Under the pieces are notes generated by a model. It saw nothing but the letters and a program-made list of their open reading frames with translations. It was not told the origin of the DNA and did not search any database. A program made the translations under genes and the position numbers. A stretch of 64,000 nt of DNA, from contig NC_135763.1 of the NCBI RefSeq assembly GCF_052425735.1, forward strand, positions 3,162,001 through 3,226,000, in the 5' to 3' direction. Of this stretch, positions 1 to 14,000 are shown piece by piece. Position 1 is the first letter of the stretch. Each line of letters begins with the position of its first letter. This stretch comes from Oculina patagonica (lineage: Eukaryota).

Positions 1-3000
1 GTACAGATACAAGAATCAGCCAGTGAAATATCAGCTCTTTGTTCACGGTGAGGATTCATCTTTGGGGAAGATTAATTTTGACAGCGAAACCGTCGACTTG
101 GTAGCTCTCTCCGACACCGTGGATCAACTGACAAGAGGCACGGAGGAGATTCCTGCCCTTCATGAAGATCTCGAGAAAGTATGTGAAGCTTTCAAAAGCA
201 GTTCAGATCGACAACATGCTGAAAAGGTTGGTGCAGGTGTGCTTGCTCCGGTCAAAGATTTTAAGTAATCGTGTTTTTTGGTACTAGGCTGTGGTTAGCA
301 AAATATAGAAAAGGAATAGCATTCAGTGTACGTCAATAAAAAATATTTTGCGTTTTCTTTCTTTAAAGCATAATAAAATTCTTTTTCCTTCACTTTTACA
401 GACTTTAAGTTACTGCCTAAAGAATATCTTTAAGTTGTCAAGTAAGTTTGTCCTATTTTTGTCAGGTCTTGATTTTCTTCACGGATCACAAAACATGCTT
501 AAAATCCCAGAAAGATCTTGTAAAGGAACAAGTCAAGAAAGTCAAGGTCGACATGGGAATCAAACTAGTGCCAGTCGGTATCGGCTCACATATCAACATC
601 CGGGAACTGGAGAGAATCAACAATGATGGACGCGACGCCATCCATTTTGGGGAATATGAAAATCCTAAAAACGTTGGAAAGAAAATTATGCACGGTAAGT
701 TGCAAACACTGCTTTATTTATTGTAATGTAATGTAAAAACTTTATTTATACACGGGAAACCATCAGTTACAATAAGCTCAAGTATTAAAGAAACTGAAAC
801 TAAAACTGCTTTACATGATTGCCGTGTGGGAATCCGATACGTCAGCTACCTTCTTGATAATTTTCTTAAAATTATTAACTGATGCGGCATTTTTAAGACA
901 TTTGGGCATGTTATTCCAGAGTATAGCGCCCCTGTAAGAAAAGCTTCGTTTTAAATAGTTGGTATTTGGTTTAGGTAGCGTCAGCTTTCCCTCAGAGTCT
1001 CTCAAGTTATAAACAGAGTGACGCTGAGAGAAAAGGTTTTGTAGGTAATCTGGGGCAAGTCCATTCACGGTTTTATACATGATTGCCACGAAAGAGATCA
1101 GTGTTCCGTTGGTTTCGTGAAGGAATTCTGTACATTTCTACAAAATTGTCAGATTAGAATTTTTGCTTTCCTGTAACCTGTGGAGAAGACATATAATTTT
1201 TGCTTTCCTGTTAACCTGTGGAGAAGACAGGGGACAGACACCCTAGAGAAAGAACAGTATGGGAGTTGATAGAGGGAATGGCGTGCAGCAGGTTTCCCAA
1301 GGTTGGGATTTAGGAGAAATAGAATGTGCCCCCCCCCCCCCCTCCACCCCCACCACACCCTTTAAATATTTATGTTGAACGTCTCAAAACCATTTTAAAA
1401 AATAGATAGCACTGCCACGTTAAATGTGTTTTTGTTTCTCTTTCTACAGAGTTACGAGGAAAGGATTTGTATGGTAAGTACTGTTTTTTAAAACGATTTT
1501 TAATTATTGCAAGGTAGGCGTTTGTTAAGATCTTCAGTTGTTAATGAACAACAAGCATAGAGAGTACAGCTTTTAAAAACGAAATACATGATCTCTGTTT
1601 TATTTTATCTGTTTACATGATTCATTTGATTTTTGTTCTCAGAAAGCTACTTGGAATACTTTACAACTCCTTACTTTGTTTTTCTCCGTGACACGCTGAG
1701 CTACCTGGCCCTCCTTGCGTTACACTTTGCTTTTTGTCTTGAGACATCAAGCATTCCGTTCAGCGGTCTGGAGTGGGCTATTTTCGTCTTCTTCCTGGGA
1801 AGAATTTTAATGGAATTTCAACAGCTCCTTGGAGGACAAACTAGAGAGACTGGAACTAAACAGAAGGGAACAAACTACAAACACTGTGCTGAAAGTGAGG
1901 AAGAGACAGAGCTCAAAATTACCGACAAGAAAAGAAAAGCGGCCATATTTGTGCTCAGGCTGTGTAACAAGTATCTCAGGTACATGTAAAGTACTGTGGT
2001 AGTTGTTTTTTTTTGTCGTTATATATAATGGTGTAATAAAATCAAAATATAATATTAATATTATATAAATATATTTAAAAAAAGGCCGACGTTTTAATTT
2101 TGATGGTAAAAAAAAACAAATAATGAATAAATAAATGCTTCCTTATCTAGCCTATTGCTGGTTTGCAGCTGACGTCACGGCGGCCATGCTGGGGGACAAA
2201 AACAAAGCGTTTCTCTGCGGTGGGAACCAAACTCTTTTATAATGCAGATCCTGCTAAAAAAGTTTTCATTGTTTTGTCCACCAAAATGCCCGCCTTGTCA
2301 CGGGTTGCAAACCAAAATGGACGGGCAGAATTTCAGTCAAAGAGCCGTGAAACGTCATCAATCCCACAACTCACTGCGTAGTTAAAAGATGGTGGCCTCG
2401 AAACCGTAAAAGAACGTTGTTTGAAGTGAATTTTCAAAATAATGATAGCGATTTGCACAATTTTATTAGTTTATATGGATTACATGACTGATTATGAAGA
2501 AACATTGTTGGTTCCTACTAGAATAACCGGGACAATAATATCATTCAATCTATTTCTTTCTAGTGATCGATGGAACATTTTGGACCTTCTAACCCAACTG
2601 GTATATTTAGTGACGTTTCTGCTGAGGATTGTCACTTGGACCGAGTCTGAATCGATTATCAACAATAGAGCCCTCGTCATCGCTGGTTATCTGTACGGCC
2701 TCAACACCATGTTCCTTACCCTCAGAGCATTTGGTCACGTGATGGAGACAGTAAAGAAAGTTGGTCCCATTCAAATCGCACTGTTTCACATCATTGGTGA
2801 CGTGGCCACGATATTTTGGCAGTTTCTTGCAACTATTCTGGCTTTTTCCATCGCCATCACAAAGGTGTACATGGCTGAAAGATCATTTCTACTAGAGACC
2901 AGCAGCGAGAAGTCGTGAGTAGAAATGTTAAATAAAATAAATTACTTTTATCCTTGCATTGTCGCTGTGTATGGCGCTTTTATGCTTGCAGAGGACATTG

Positions 3001-5978
3001 CAGAAGACTGCAGCAGAAAGCAGTATTGGGAACTTGACATATCCCAAGTACAGAAAGACTGACTTGAATCATCCAAACCCTTTAACGCTATCTCAAAGTG
3101 AATTAATCGTTCGGCGGAGAGAAACTGAGAAAGAGAACAGGCTATAATGAAATAAATTGCATGTTAGGCACTAATAAAACCCTATATTGCTTTTTTGCAG
3201 TGCTTGTCAAACATCTGGACTGGCCTGGTGAGTTTAAATAAGTTTTTCTGTACTTACAAACTAACACCCCCAAAAATAAAGGTACATGCATGATTTAGGT
3301 GAAAAAGATCCGTGCTATTGAAGTAAAAGAAACGTGATTTCTGTATAAAAGAAGCGTGATTTGAGTGCAAAAGAAGCTTGATTTTGTGCAAAAGAAGCGT
3401 GATTTGAGTGCAAAAGAAGCTTGATTTTGTGCAAAAGAAGCGTGACTTGGGTGCAAAAGAAGCTGATTTGGGTGTAAAAAAAAGCGTGATTTCAGGGTAA
3501 AAGAAGCGTGATTTGGGTGTAGAAAAAGCGTGATTTGGGTGTAAAAGAAGCGTGATTTGGGTGTAAAAGAAGCGTAATTTGGGTGTAAACGAAGCGTGAT
3601 TTCAGGGTTAAAGAAGCGTGATTTCAGGGTAAAAGAAGCGTGATTTGGTTGTAGAAGAAGCGTGATTTGGGTGTAAAAGAGGCGTGATTTGGGTGTAAAA
3701 GGAGCGTGATTTGGGTGTAAAAGAAGCGTGATTTGGGTGCAAAAGAAGCGTGATTTCAGGGTAAAAAGAAGCGTGATTTGGGTGTAAAAGAAGCGTGGTT
3801 TTGATGTAAAAGAAGCGTGATTTGGGTGCAAAAGAAGCGTGGTTTTGATGTAAAAGAAGCGTGATTTGGGTGTAAAAGAAGCGTGGTTTTGATGTAAAAG
3901 AAGCGTGATTTGGGTGTAAAAGAAGCGTGGTTTTGTGTATGAGAAGAGTGATTTGGGTGTAAAAGAAGCGTGGTTTTGTGTATGAGAAGAGTGATTTGGG
4001 TGTAAAAGAAGCGTGGTTTTGATGTAAAAGAAGCGTGATTTGGGTGCAAAAGAAGCGTGGTTTGGGTGTAAAAGAAGCGTGATTTGGGTGTAAAAGAAGA
4101 GTGATTTGGGTGTAAAAGAAACGTGGTTTGGGTGTAAAAGAAGCGTGATTTGGGTGTAAAAGAAGAGTGATTTGGGTGTAAAAGAAGCGTGATTTGGGTG
4201 TAAACGAAGCGTGATTTCAGGGTTAAAGAAGCGTGATTTCAGGGTAAAAGAAGAGTGATTTGGTTGTAGAAGAAGCGTGATTTGGTTGTTATTTGAAATT
4301 GCATTCTCACAGCGGGAATGCAAAAAAAAGCAGCCGACAAACGGTCTCCATATCCTCCGTGTTACGTTACCTACGACGTCAATTTAGGCAAAAACGTGAT
4401 ATTTTTGTTGTAAGCAAATCAGTGCTGTTATTAAACCCACAATTCCAACATTTTGTTTTTACTCAAAGTTGGTGGTCGATGGTAAAGCATCTTTGTTGGT
4501 CTCTGCTGGGAATAGCTGAATTGGATCCTTTGGACTCAGTTGACAGTCCTTCAGTGACACTTGTCCACTTTCTTTATGGAGCTTTCCTTGTCATGGGAGT
4601 CATTCTGCTCGTCAACATGATGATAGCACTACTCTCTAACACATACCAACGAGTTGAGGTATGACACCTCACTTTTAGTGCCAATCTAATAAGTATAAGA
4701 TAAAATTTATGATTATTTAGATGGGACCGTCAAAAAAATGATGTCTGTCTCAAAGTTACGATCTTCTCCGGGGGAAGGGACTCCCATATGAATGTACGGA
4801 GATGCTCTGCGACTCGCTTAGGAGTTTAAATTTCGGGGTTTTAGTCTCACTTAGGATGTTCTGGGAAGAACGCCAATATTTTTAGCCGTCAAAATTTCGT
4901 TTAGGGTTGCACGCGAAGAAATACACAAAATAATATCAATTCAATATCTTTAGTATTTTGGTATCTTTCACGGATCAAAAAAGCTTGAGCCACGCCCAGA
5001 TTGGTCTGTTTTGGGTTTCTTTTTAAAATTTCAGACGAGCATCCCCGCCCCTTTCATATGGGAGATCCCCTCCGGGGATCTTCTACGAACATAATAACTC
5101 CCTCCATATTACAAAGTTAATGCATGTTATCATTTAGGTAAACCAATATGTGATGTAATATACTTTAAATTGTTAAAGACCTTTTTACTCAAGCCAAGTG
5201 TTTGTACCAACGGAACCCGAGTATTTGACTTTTCAACTCATAAGCTGTAGCAGGAAATACTGTAGACAACATTAGGTCACCCACACTCGAACATAATGAC
5301 TATCTTAAGGACTAAAATCATCTTGTTTTGTACATTTTCGTCTCTTTTTTCTGAAGGACAATGCTTTGAAAGAATGGTCGTACAAGAAAGCCATCACGAT
5401 CCAAACATACAGTACTTATCACCCAATACCGGTGCCTCTTAACCTGATATCAAACTTATTTTTATGCATTCGGTGGCTTTGGTGGATGTGTAAAACTTGT
5501 TGCAAGGCCGGACACCCACTGAGGAACACGACTTGGAAGAGAAACGAACGAGTAAGTAGTGTTCCCTAGTTGAGAAATAAGTGGCTCTGGGGACACATGA
5601 TTTGATTGGCTTGATTTTTTTAACAAAAAGAATATATCGTCTAGCCAATCAAATTGGCTAGACTTTAATTCCCTTTGTTGAAGATCTAACCAATCGAATC
5701 ATGTGTCCTCAAAGCCACTTGTTTCTCGTGCCCCAGGCTCTGCTGGGTAAGAGGGACATGCAACTCTGGAAACGAGAATAGCTTACTGGAACAAAAATCT
5801 GACATTAGGTTAAACACGTGGTTAAACAATGCTTGAAAGGTTTCGGTTAGCTTGTTCCTTTAAGCGAACCTATAGCTCGGTAGATGGAACGAAACCATCG
5901 GAGATCAGATCTAGAAACCAATATAAACAATCCACCTGAATACTCTTGGAACGTTCATTTTGCGATCTAACATCGGTT

Positions 5979-6036
<58 letters not shown>

Positions 6037-9000
6037 TAGTGGTAACCAAAGGTTAGAAAGTGTGGGCCTTGACGCACTTAGAAATGGTACTGGTACGAGA
6101 GTACGTAATTTTAGATGGCAGTGTCAATAAATAAATGATTAAATGGACAAAAGACAATTATCCCGAGTAACGCGTCACGCAAGGAATGCATGTTGTTATC
6201 GTTTTGGGAAGTGTAATCGAGCACGCAGTGTGAATTGAGATGTGATTTTTCTCAGTCGGTTAACTCGCTATGTTGTGCTCGCCTTTTATTAACGTGGCGC
6301 GATTAATAATAAATCACGCTTAATTGCCGCTAACCGGCCGCGAACCAGTCAGAGTTGTTTTTTGTCGGATTGACAGTTTGGTGAACTGTAGTCTTGATTT
6401 TCCTCGGTCGATAAACTCGCTATGTTGTCAGTGTTATAACGAATTTCTCGAGAATAACCGTTGTTGGAATCATTCACTTTGCCGTGGTTTATGCGTGATA
6501 CAATCAGAGCAAATTTTCGCAAAAGCAACACCCGTAAAACAAGTCTGCAAATTGTAATGTTTGCAATCTTCCATGTGACAGAAGCCTAGATCTTATGTGA
6601 CAATCGTTCATGGAGAACAGATTTTCTCTTCCGGTGTTACGACAAACTGTCGTGATTGACACATTTTTCGCATTCCGATCGTTCTTAGTGGAAGAACAAA
6701 ATTTTCAACTTCTGTTTTCTGTTCGCCCTTTATTAACGTGGCGCGCACGCGTAAAACGCAATCCGCTGGTCACTGTCAAGATTAGGGTTGCGGGCCTCTC
6801 TTGGGCCCGCAATAAATCAGGTAAAGGAATTTCAGTGAGTAGACAAGATTGCAAATTTTTATGTATTTACTTTTGTACAAGAACAATAGCTAATATCTGA
6901 AATTTTTAAGCCATCGTGCAATTTGCATCATCATTGGAAACGTCCTTTCGTCAGATATGTTCGTTACTTAACAGTGAGATAAACATTTTCAGACTACTGA
7001 TTATTATAGCTTTGTTGATTTCCAACAACCACTATTGTGTCCACTTTTCTAAACTGTCTCATGATTTCCTTTACTGCTCGTCGAACCTCTTTGATCTTCC
7101 AGCAGAAAAGAACTGGATTCAGTGAAGAATTAAGGTAAACTAGGGCAAATGCCCATCCCTGAGCTAATAAAACAGACGAGGTAAAGCCTCGAACAGCCGT
7201 TAGTACCATTACTACAGAAGAAGGAAGATAACATGCTACTAGTGTAAGGTGAACCCACAATGCATTGTGAACAGTCTTCTTGTATCGTTCCATGTTTAGT
7301 CCAGAGCTTGCAGTCAGTCCAAGAGGAGAACTTCGTAGTTGTATTTGCCGCTGACGTCGAATTGTGAGAAAAATTCTTGAATAAGAATAAGTTGAAATTA
7401 GAAGCGGAAGTAGATTGATTGTACATACACCGGAAATGATAAGGTATGGATTCATGTCCGAAACGTACGTGAGAACGCCTGTCACGCTGGTTGAAAGCCA
7501 AAAAAGGACGACAACCGCACGAACTCGCTTAACGGTTACAACTTGTCTATATCTTAACCTCAATAATAGAGCGAGAAGCCTGTCCACGCTTATTGCGGTC
7601 AGTGTCAGTAGAGATACGCAAGAAAATATCGTGTTGAAGACGTACATCAATATTTTGGCCATTCGACAAAGATCCCAACTTGCAAATAAAGCTGAGAAAA
7701 TAAAAATAACACATAGTGGTAGTCCGATTATGCCAACACAGAGATCGGTGACAGCCAGAGTGCGAAGCAATATTTTTGATGGAAGATGAAGAGATGTGTC
7801 CTTATGAAGGGCGGCTAGGATCAAGCTGTTCCCAAGAGTAGCTGTTATTGTTAGAGAAATGTATACAGGCACAAGTAGTTTGAAAGCGAACAGAAGGCCA
7901 CTGCCTTGATCGTTATCGCCATCAGAAACAGTACAAAACAGAAATCGGCGAAGAGCTTCTTTTCTGCTTTCATCGCTGAAGTTTGACATCTTTCCATGCA
8001 GAAATTGCTCCAGTGGACTTGTTATAAGGCAAGTCAGATGTATTATGTCGCTTAGTTTCTGAAGTTATCGATCGATGCAGTTTTTTGTCCTGAATGCTGG
8101 TAAAGCGATTAAATAAATTAGGTTGATGCCTGCATCTGGCCGCTGTGGGTTTTTGCGAGCATAGCTTTCTTTTTATTTTATTTGGTAAGTGTTCCTTTGT
8201 ACACGGATGTTTTATGTGATTGGTTTGATATGACATGGACGCTGTTAATGTTATATAGTTAAATCCTTTTCTGCTGAGTACCATTACTTAAAAGAAACAG
8301 AAACACCCACTTCAATTTACGTTTTGGTCATTGAAATGCTTTCGCAATGGCCATGTTAATTTTTTCAGTCGGAACGTCATTGTAGAAGACCACTTTTCCT
8401 TATTCTATGTTCATAATATCTACAGCTTAAAAAAAAACATTGAACATATCTCATGCTCCTGATTCTTGCTCCTGAAAAATTATACAAATATCATGCGTAA
8501 GCTGAAAAAGAAAATATTTGACAACCGCAAATGTAAACGTGTCCGCTGTCATACGCTAAACGTCTCAGTGTGTTAACAATCAGGCTGGACATTTCATCCT
8601 CTCAAGTCAGGACATATCATTCATTAAACACCCGCTGCAATTTAACTTATTGGCACCAATATCTCCTGCGCTCTATTCTTGCGTATGAAATGCTCAGTGA
8701 AGCTGAAAAGAAATTGTTTGAGAACCGGAAAAACATAAACGTGCTCGCTGACATCCGGTAATCGTCTGTTTTAACTAGAAATTTTATCCTTTCAAGTTGA
8801 CATATCAGCCATTAAACACCCGATGCAATTTAACGTTTTGGCACCAATGAAATGATTTTTACTAATGGTCATGTCAAGTTTTAAGTGGGTATACATTTCC
8901 TGCAGTAAGTGCAGAGGTTCTTTTTAATATCGAAAGTCTTGTCTGATTTGGTGTCAGCTGAATGTATAGTGGTATTCTGTACATTCACGAATTTTGCTTC

Positions 9001-11046
9001 CTGAACAAATAATCAAATTACTTTACGGCTGACAAGAGTGATTTGAGTTTAAGAGAATATTTTACACCTGCAACAATTGCTAATGTGCTGACTTTTATCC
9101 GCTAAAGGATACTAAAATGACAGTATTTGGATATGTGATCAGTTGAATTTAAAACGTTCATTAATAGTTAATTTCTCTTTTTGTTTTCTTGCCAGGGCAA
9201 ATCGCTGGACGCTGTAGTTGAAAATCTTCAACTGACGTACTTTGCAAAGTATGGCTACTCATTTCCTCTCACAGGTAAAATAATCTAGTACGCAAATTTA
9301 TTAGCTTTTTGGGCCTAAAAACATTTCATGACATTTCATGACTCTTCTACTTTATCGAAAATTCCAACTTTTTACCCACTAGATAAGAGAATTGGTAAAT
9401 TCAGTTCGCGAATTTTGAACTAGGTCTAGAATTTTGAAAACAACTCTTTTCAGACTACTTCATGGAATTTGTTTGTGCAAAGTCTCTGTGAGAAATTTCT
9501 CCACTTCTTTTCTTTGCAGATGAAAGAAAGATGGACCATGTTCTTCAAGAAACTGAGAGAAACCGACAGATGGCCAATCAGATTGCTCACAGAACATTTA
9601 CCACACATGGGTTTGATGACGGTGCCTTTCCTACTGGTCCGAAGGTTTCAACTAGATTTCTATGCTGCAACATAACTTTTTTTGTCATCGCTACGTTAGT
9701 TTTTTTAGCTTTAGTTAGCGGAAGTCCTTTTTCCCGCGCCTTATTCTTTTGCCGCTCACTTGAACTAATAAGTTCCGTGCTCATGACGTGCGCGTAAAAA
9801 TTCAAAACCCAGCGACACCCAATCACACAGATCTCTTTAAAACTACGTCATCATGATCAGTATGGAATTTTCGGGTCCAGTCTCTTACTTCTCTCCAGCG
9901 GGAAAAGGACATTCTCGTCCTCAGGGCAGCATGTCCCTCTTGGCTTAAGAGCCAATAACTAAAATCAACCAATTAGAAAGCTTCACTGCCAGTCCAATAT
10001 TTTTCATAGCATTATACCGGGTAAAGTTTTCATTACTCTTTTGTGATCATAAAGTCAAGGAAGCTAGGCACCTTGCTTGAAGATTATCGTCCCTCGTCTT
10101 TTCAGAAGAAAACCACACTGCACGCGATTGGTAGTGTGAAGACATGTGGGAGGAGACAAGGAGGCAAGCGTGGCCGAGTGGGTTGGGGCGCTGGTGTTGT
10201 AATCCGGAGGTCCCCGGTTCAGACCTGCCCTGGCCACTAGCTGGATTTGTTTCTCGGTTATCCCGAGTTCAAATCCCGACCACGCTTTGTATATAGCCAA
10301 CTGTCTGCCCCTGCCAGTTGATTTTCCTTTTTTCATTTAATATTTGTTTCCTCTGTTTCAGTGGAGCCTGTAACAGCTATCCGTAGAGATAGAAGCTAAG
10401 TGCATGACCACTATAAACACCATTTATTATTTATTATTATTATTATGTGGTGGACATTCTCCCAGAACGGCTCTTGTGTTATGTTGATAAGTATGTATCT
10501 TTCTTCTCTTACATCCTGGACCACTTTAGCTACACTAATAGAAACTTCTTTTTACTGATCAGGCCTGGCAAAGCCAAGGAATAAGAATCGAAGGATGTCT
10601 TTTGATTTGCGAAGGAAGCGAGTGCTGTTCCACATGTAAAGATGACCCGTCTGATAATCATGGGGCAAGATATCTGTTTCCTTTCTCTCCAGAAACTCCT
10701 CATTTTGAGGTAGGTATTCTATTTAAGTGAAATAAACAAACAAACAGTATTTTTAGGATTTGTGCTCAGAAGTCGAGCAGGCCGTTGTTTGCAAGCTATT
10801 GAATTCAGTTCTTTAAAACAAAGAAAAATATCATCGCTCGTTTAAGCCATAGAAGCTGTCTGGAAATCGTGAAAAGAATATAAAAATGTTAGACTTTTGT
10901 GATGTTTGATTTACGGTAGCCTTTTCTTCTTTGGTGAATAACGACCTTTACCATAAGCCATTTTTTCTGGGGGCGTTGTGCTGGTAATGGGTGCATTTTG
11001 ATAGTCAGTGATAATGTTGATGTTGAGGGATAAGTACTGCTGCTGT

Positions 11047-11077
<31 letters not shown>

Positions 11078-14000
11078 TCTCTGGCGACTATACAATGACG
11101 ACGATGCTGACGCTGACACTGTTGCTGGTAGAAGTGGAAAATTGAAGGGTTTTATAGTCGATAACTTTTCATAAGATTACATGACTAATTTCACGTGCCC
11201 TTGTTTGTACTAGTCATTTTGATAATTTTCAAATAAAAACTTACTGCCCTCCCTACAAATAGGTTCTAATTCAAGAAACAGGAGAGCGGCGGTTTTTAGG
11301 TGTGGGTGTTGTTGGGAAGAATTATGGCAATCACGCCATGCCAGGCTGGCTGGATGGGACCGTGGGATACCACATTGATGATGGCAAAATATTCATTAAC
11401 TCCCCGGATGGAAACGAGTACGACGGTAAGGACCTCTTTGTCCCAATCCATGAAAAGATGTATATAGAGGATATGACACGGCGGCGCGAAGATATGAATT
11501 TTTTTTTGAGTGGTAAAACAATATNNNNNNNNNNNNNNNNNNNNNNNNNNNNNNNNNNNNNNNNNNNNNNNNNNNNNNNNNNNNNNNNNNNNNNNNNNNN
11601 NNNNNNNNNNNNNNNNNNNNNNNNNNNNNNNNNNNNNNNNNNNNNNNNNNNNNNNNNNNNNNNNNNNNNNNNNNNNNNNNNNNNNNNNNNNNNNNNNNNN
11701 NNNNNNNNNNNNNNNNNNNNNNNNNNNNNNNNNNCATCGGTATATCCAAACACCGAGAAGAGAGTTGAAAATACGACGCGACGGGGACTATTTTTGACGA
11801 ATTCGGGTGTTTGGTGGCCGTGACCTGTCTCGGCTTTTTATATCTTCTAGATCGAAACAAAAACTACGGAGTAAACGGAGAACTAAAATCGTGAAAATCT
11901 ATGCTAATTTAGACCGGGTATCCAAACCTCCTTCACGGTTATGATTTCCTGTGTTTTGATTTGATGAATTATTTATGAGTTTGAGAAGGCAATGCAAGGC
12001 TTTTCTTATCTCACCACTCATTTCATAATTCCTTAGATGCTATGGCATACAGAGGAGATGTAATTGGTTGTACTGTCAAGTTTGAATTGGCATCAAATGG
12101 CAAGATTCCAGTGGTTTTCTCTTTAAATGGAAGACAGATCACTCAGGACGAGATACTTATGGAATACACTCCAAATGAGAAATCACTGTTCCCTTACATA
12201 GCCATGGGACACGTGGGAATCAGAGTGTTGGCCAAGGTAAGTGTATTTTATATTTTAATACAAACACGGACAGTTGGGTAAGGACAATATTGGCACACCA
12301 CCCATTATCAGAACTGCGTGACTGTCAGACAGAGAGCGTAAAACCAATAAGGGTTTTTATCCAATTTAATTCAGGAGAGAGTAAAGGTCCCGGCGACAGG
12401 TTGCTGCGACATGCCGCCTAGTGTGACATGGGACAAACTATATCGCTGTGTCAAAATTTTGTCGCCGCGACCTGTCGCACGAATTCAAACTGGTTTGAAT
12501 TTGTGCGACACATCGCAGCGACAAAATGAGCGATAGCAGCGTTGTCACAGCGTGTGTACACGTCTGCGACAAGTCGCTGCGACAAAATATGAATTAACCA
12601 ATGAGGGCGCGTCATGTATTTTCGCCATATTGAATATAGAAAACTACTTCGCATTCCCACTCTTCCAAATTCTCTGTTTGTGCACCAAACAAACACCTTG
12701 TCGCAGCGACTTGTTTGTAAGCAGTACACACGGAGCGACTTGTCGCAGCGACCTGTCTCTGCGACTTGTCGTATAGTGGGTTCCGACCTTAAATGTTTCA
12801 CGAAAGACACTTGACAATTTGAAAATATCAGAGAATATTTCAATTATTAATTAACAGCTGCCTGAAGACTGCACTTGATCAAACAGTCTAGCAGGGTTAC
12901 CACAGCTCAGGAAATGTTCATTCAAAGAAAAAATAAAATTATTGAAGGTCTCGAATTCACCATTCGTCACCCTGAAAGTTGACATTTTGAAGAAAAGTCA
13001 GGGAAAATTGAAATTATAATGCCTTTGATTAAATATCATTCGCCTGTGGCTGGAAGAATCATTTTAGGTAAATGTGTTTACAAGTCAAGTCAAACTTTTT
13101 TCAGGCAGGGGGGGGGGGGGGGCCCAATCAGCACTTGGCTGGTATCAAAAAGGGCCCTGCGTTAACTATGACTACATAATAAAAATAATAAATAAAATAT
13201 GTACACGGACGAAAACGGATGAAAAAGAAAACGGATGAAAAAGAGCGCTTAAAAAACACAAATGAATCATAATTCAGCGTTGTTTTCCTTTTGGAAGCAG
13301 AGGCTGGAGGCCGCTACTATATCTGACCTTTTGATTTCCTTTGGCGAGGAAAGTTTTATTTTTATTAGGGAAAAGTCAAGGAATTTTGAAATGTTTGAAT
13401 AATTGTAGCAACCTTATCTGGGTTGAACACATGATAAAATCCAAAATTTGTTTTCTTTCTAATCCCAGATGCGATCCAACGACACGTACCATGTTCAGCC
13501 GACAACTACAAGAAAGAACGAACAGGCAATGGAAAGAGAACTTATCATGACAATCTTAGATAAAATTAATAACTTTAAAACAGAAACAGAAAAACAGGTC
13601 GAAGAAACTAACGAAGTCATAAGAAGTGCGGAGTTTGGGCTCCATCACTCACAATCCAGCCGCCGACGTTTATTTAATCGGCTAAAATACGGTTTTGAAA
13701 GCGTTAAGGACTTGTTTCGATGGGCAATAGAGGTGGACGAACGAAGGATGCACAGTCCTCGCTTAACGAGAAGAAATTTGAAGGATCTTTGCACCAAAGA
13801 TGAGATGGATCACAAAGAACAGTGGCCTACTAACACCGAACTGTTGACAAAAATAAGTAATAAATTGGCAGAGATTGAAGAATACACGGCTGAGATGAGC
13901 GGCACATTCCTTAAAAGACTGGAATGTTTGAAGACGGATATGAAGAATAATTGCGATGGGTTAAAAGACATGGGCACTTACGTTGAGAAAGAGTTCCGCG

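Noticed and set aside
3295-4323. 342-aa ORF with repeating HPNHASFTPKSRFF
   Set aside because: Translation of the 22-bp minisatellite; lies in an intron and has no coding complexity.
7130-8284. ORFs overlapping or preceding the nested GPCR (7130-7501, 7415-7789, 7970-8284)
   Set aside because: Alternative-frame or antisense shadows with no recognisable motifs.
11302-11860. ORFs running through the N gap
   Set aside because: Artefacts of the Ns; only 11263-11425 is a real exon.
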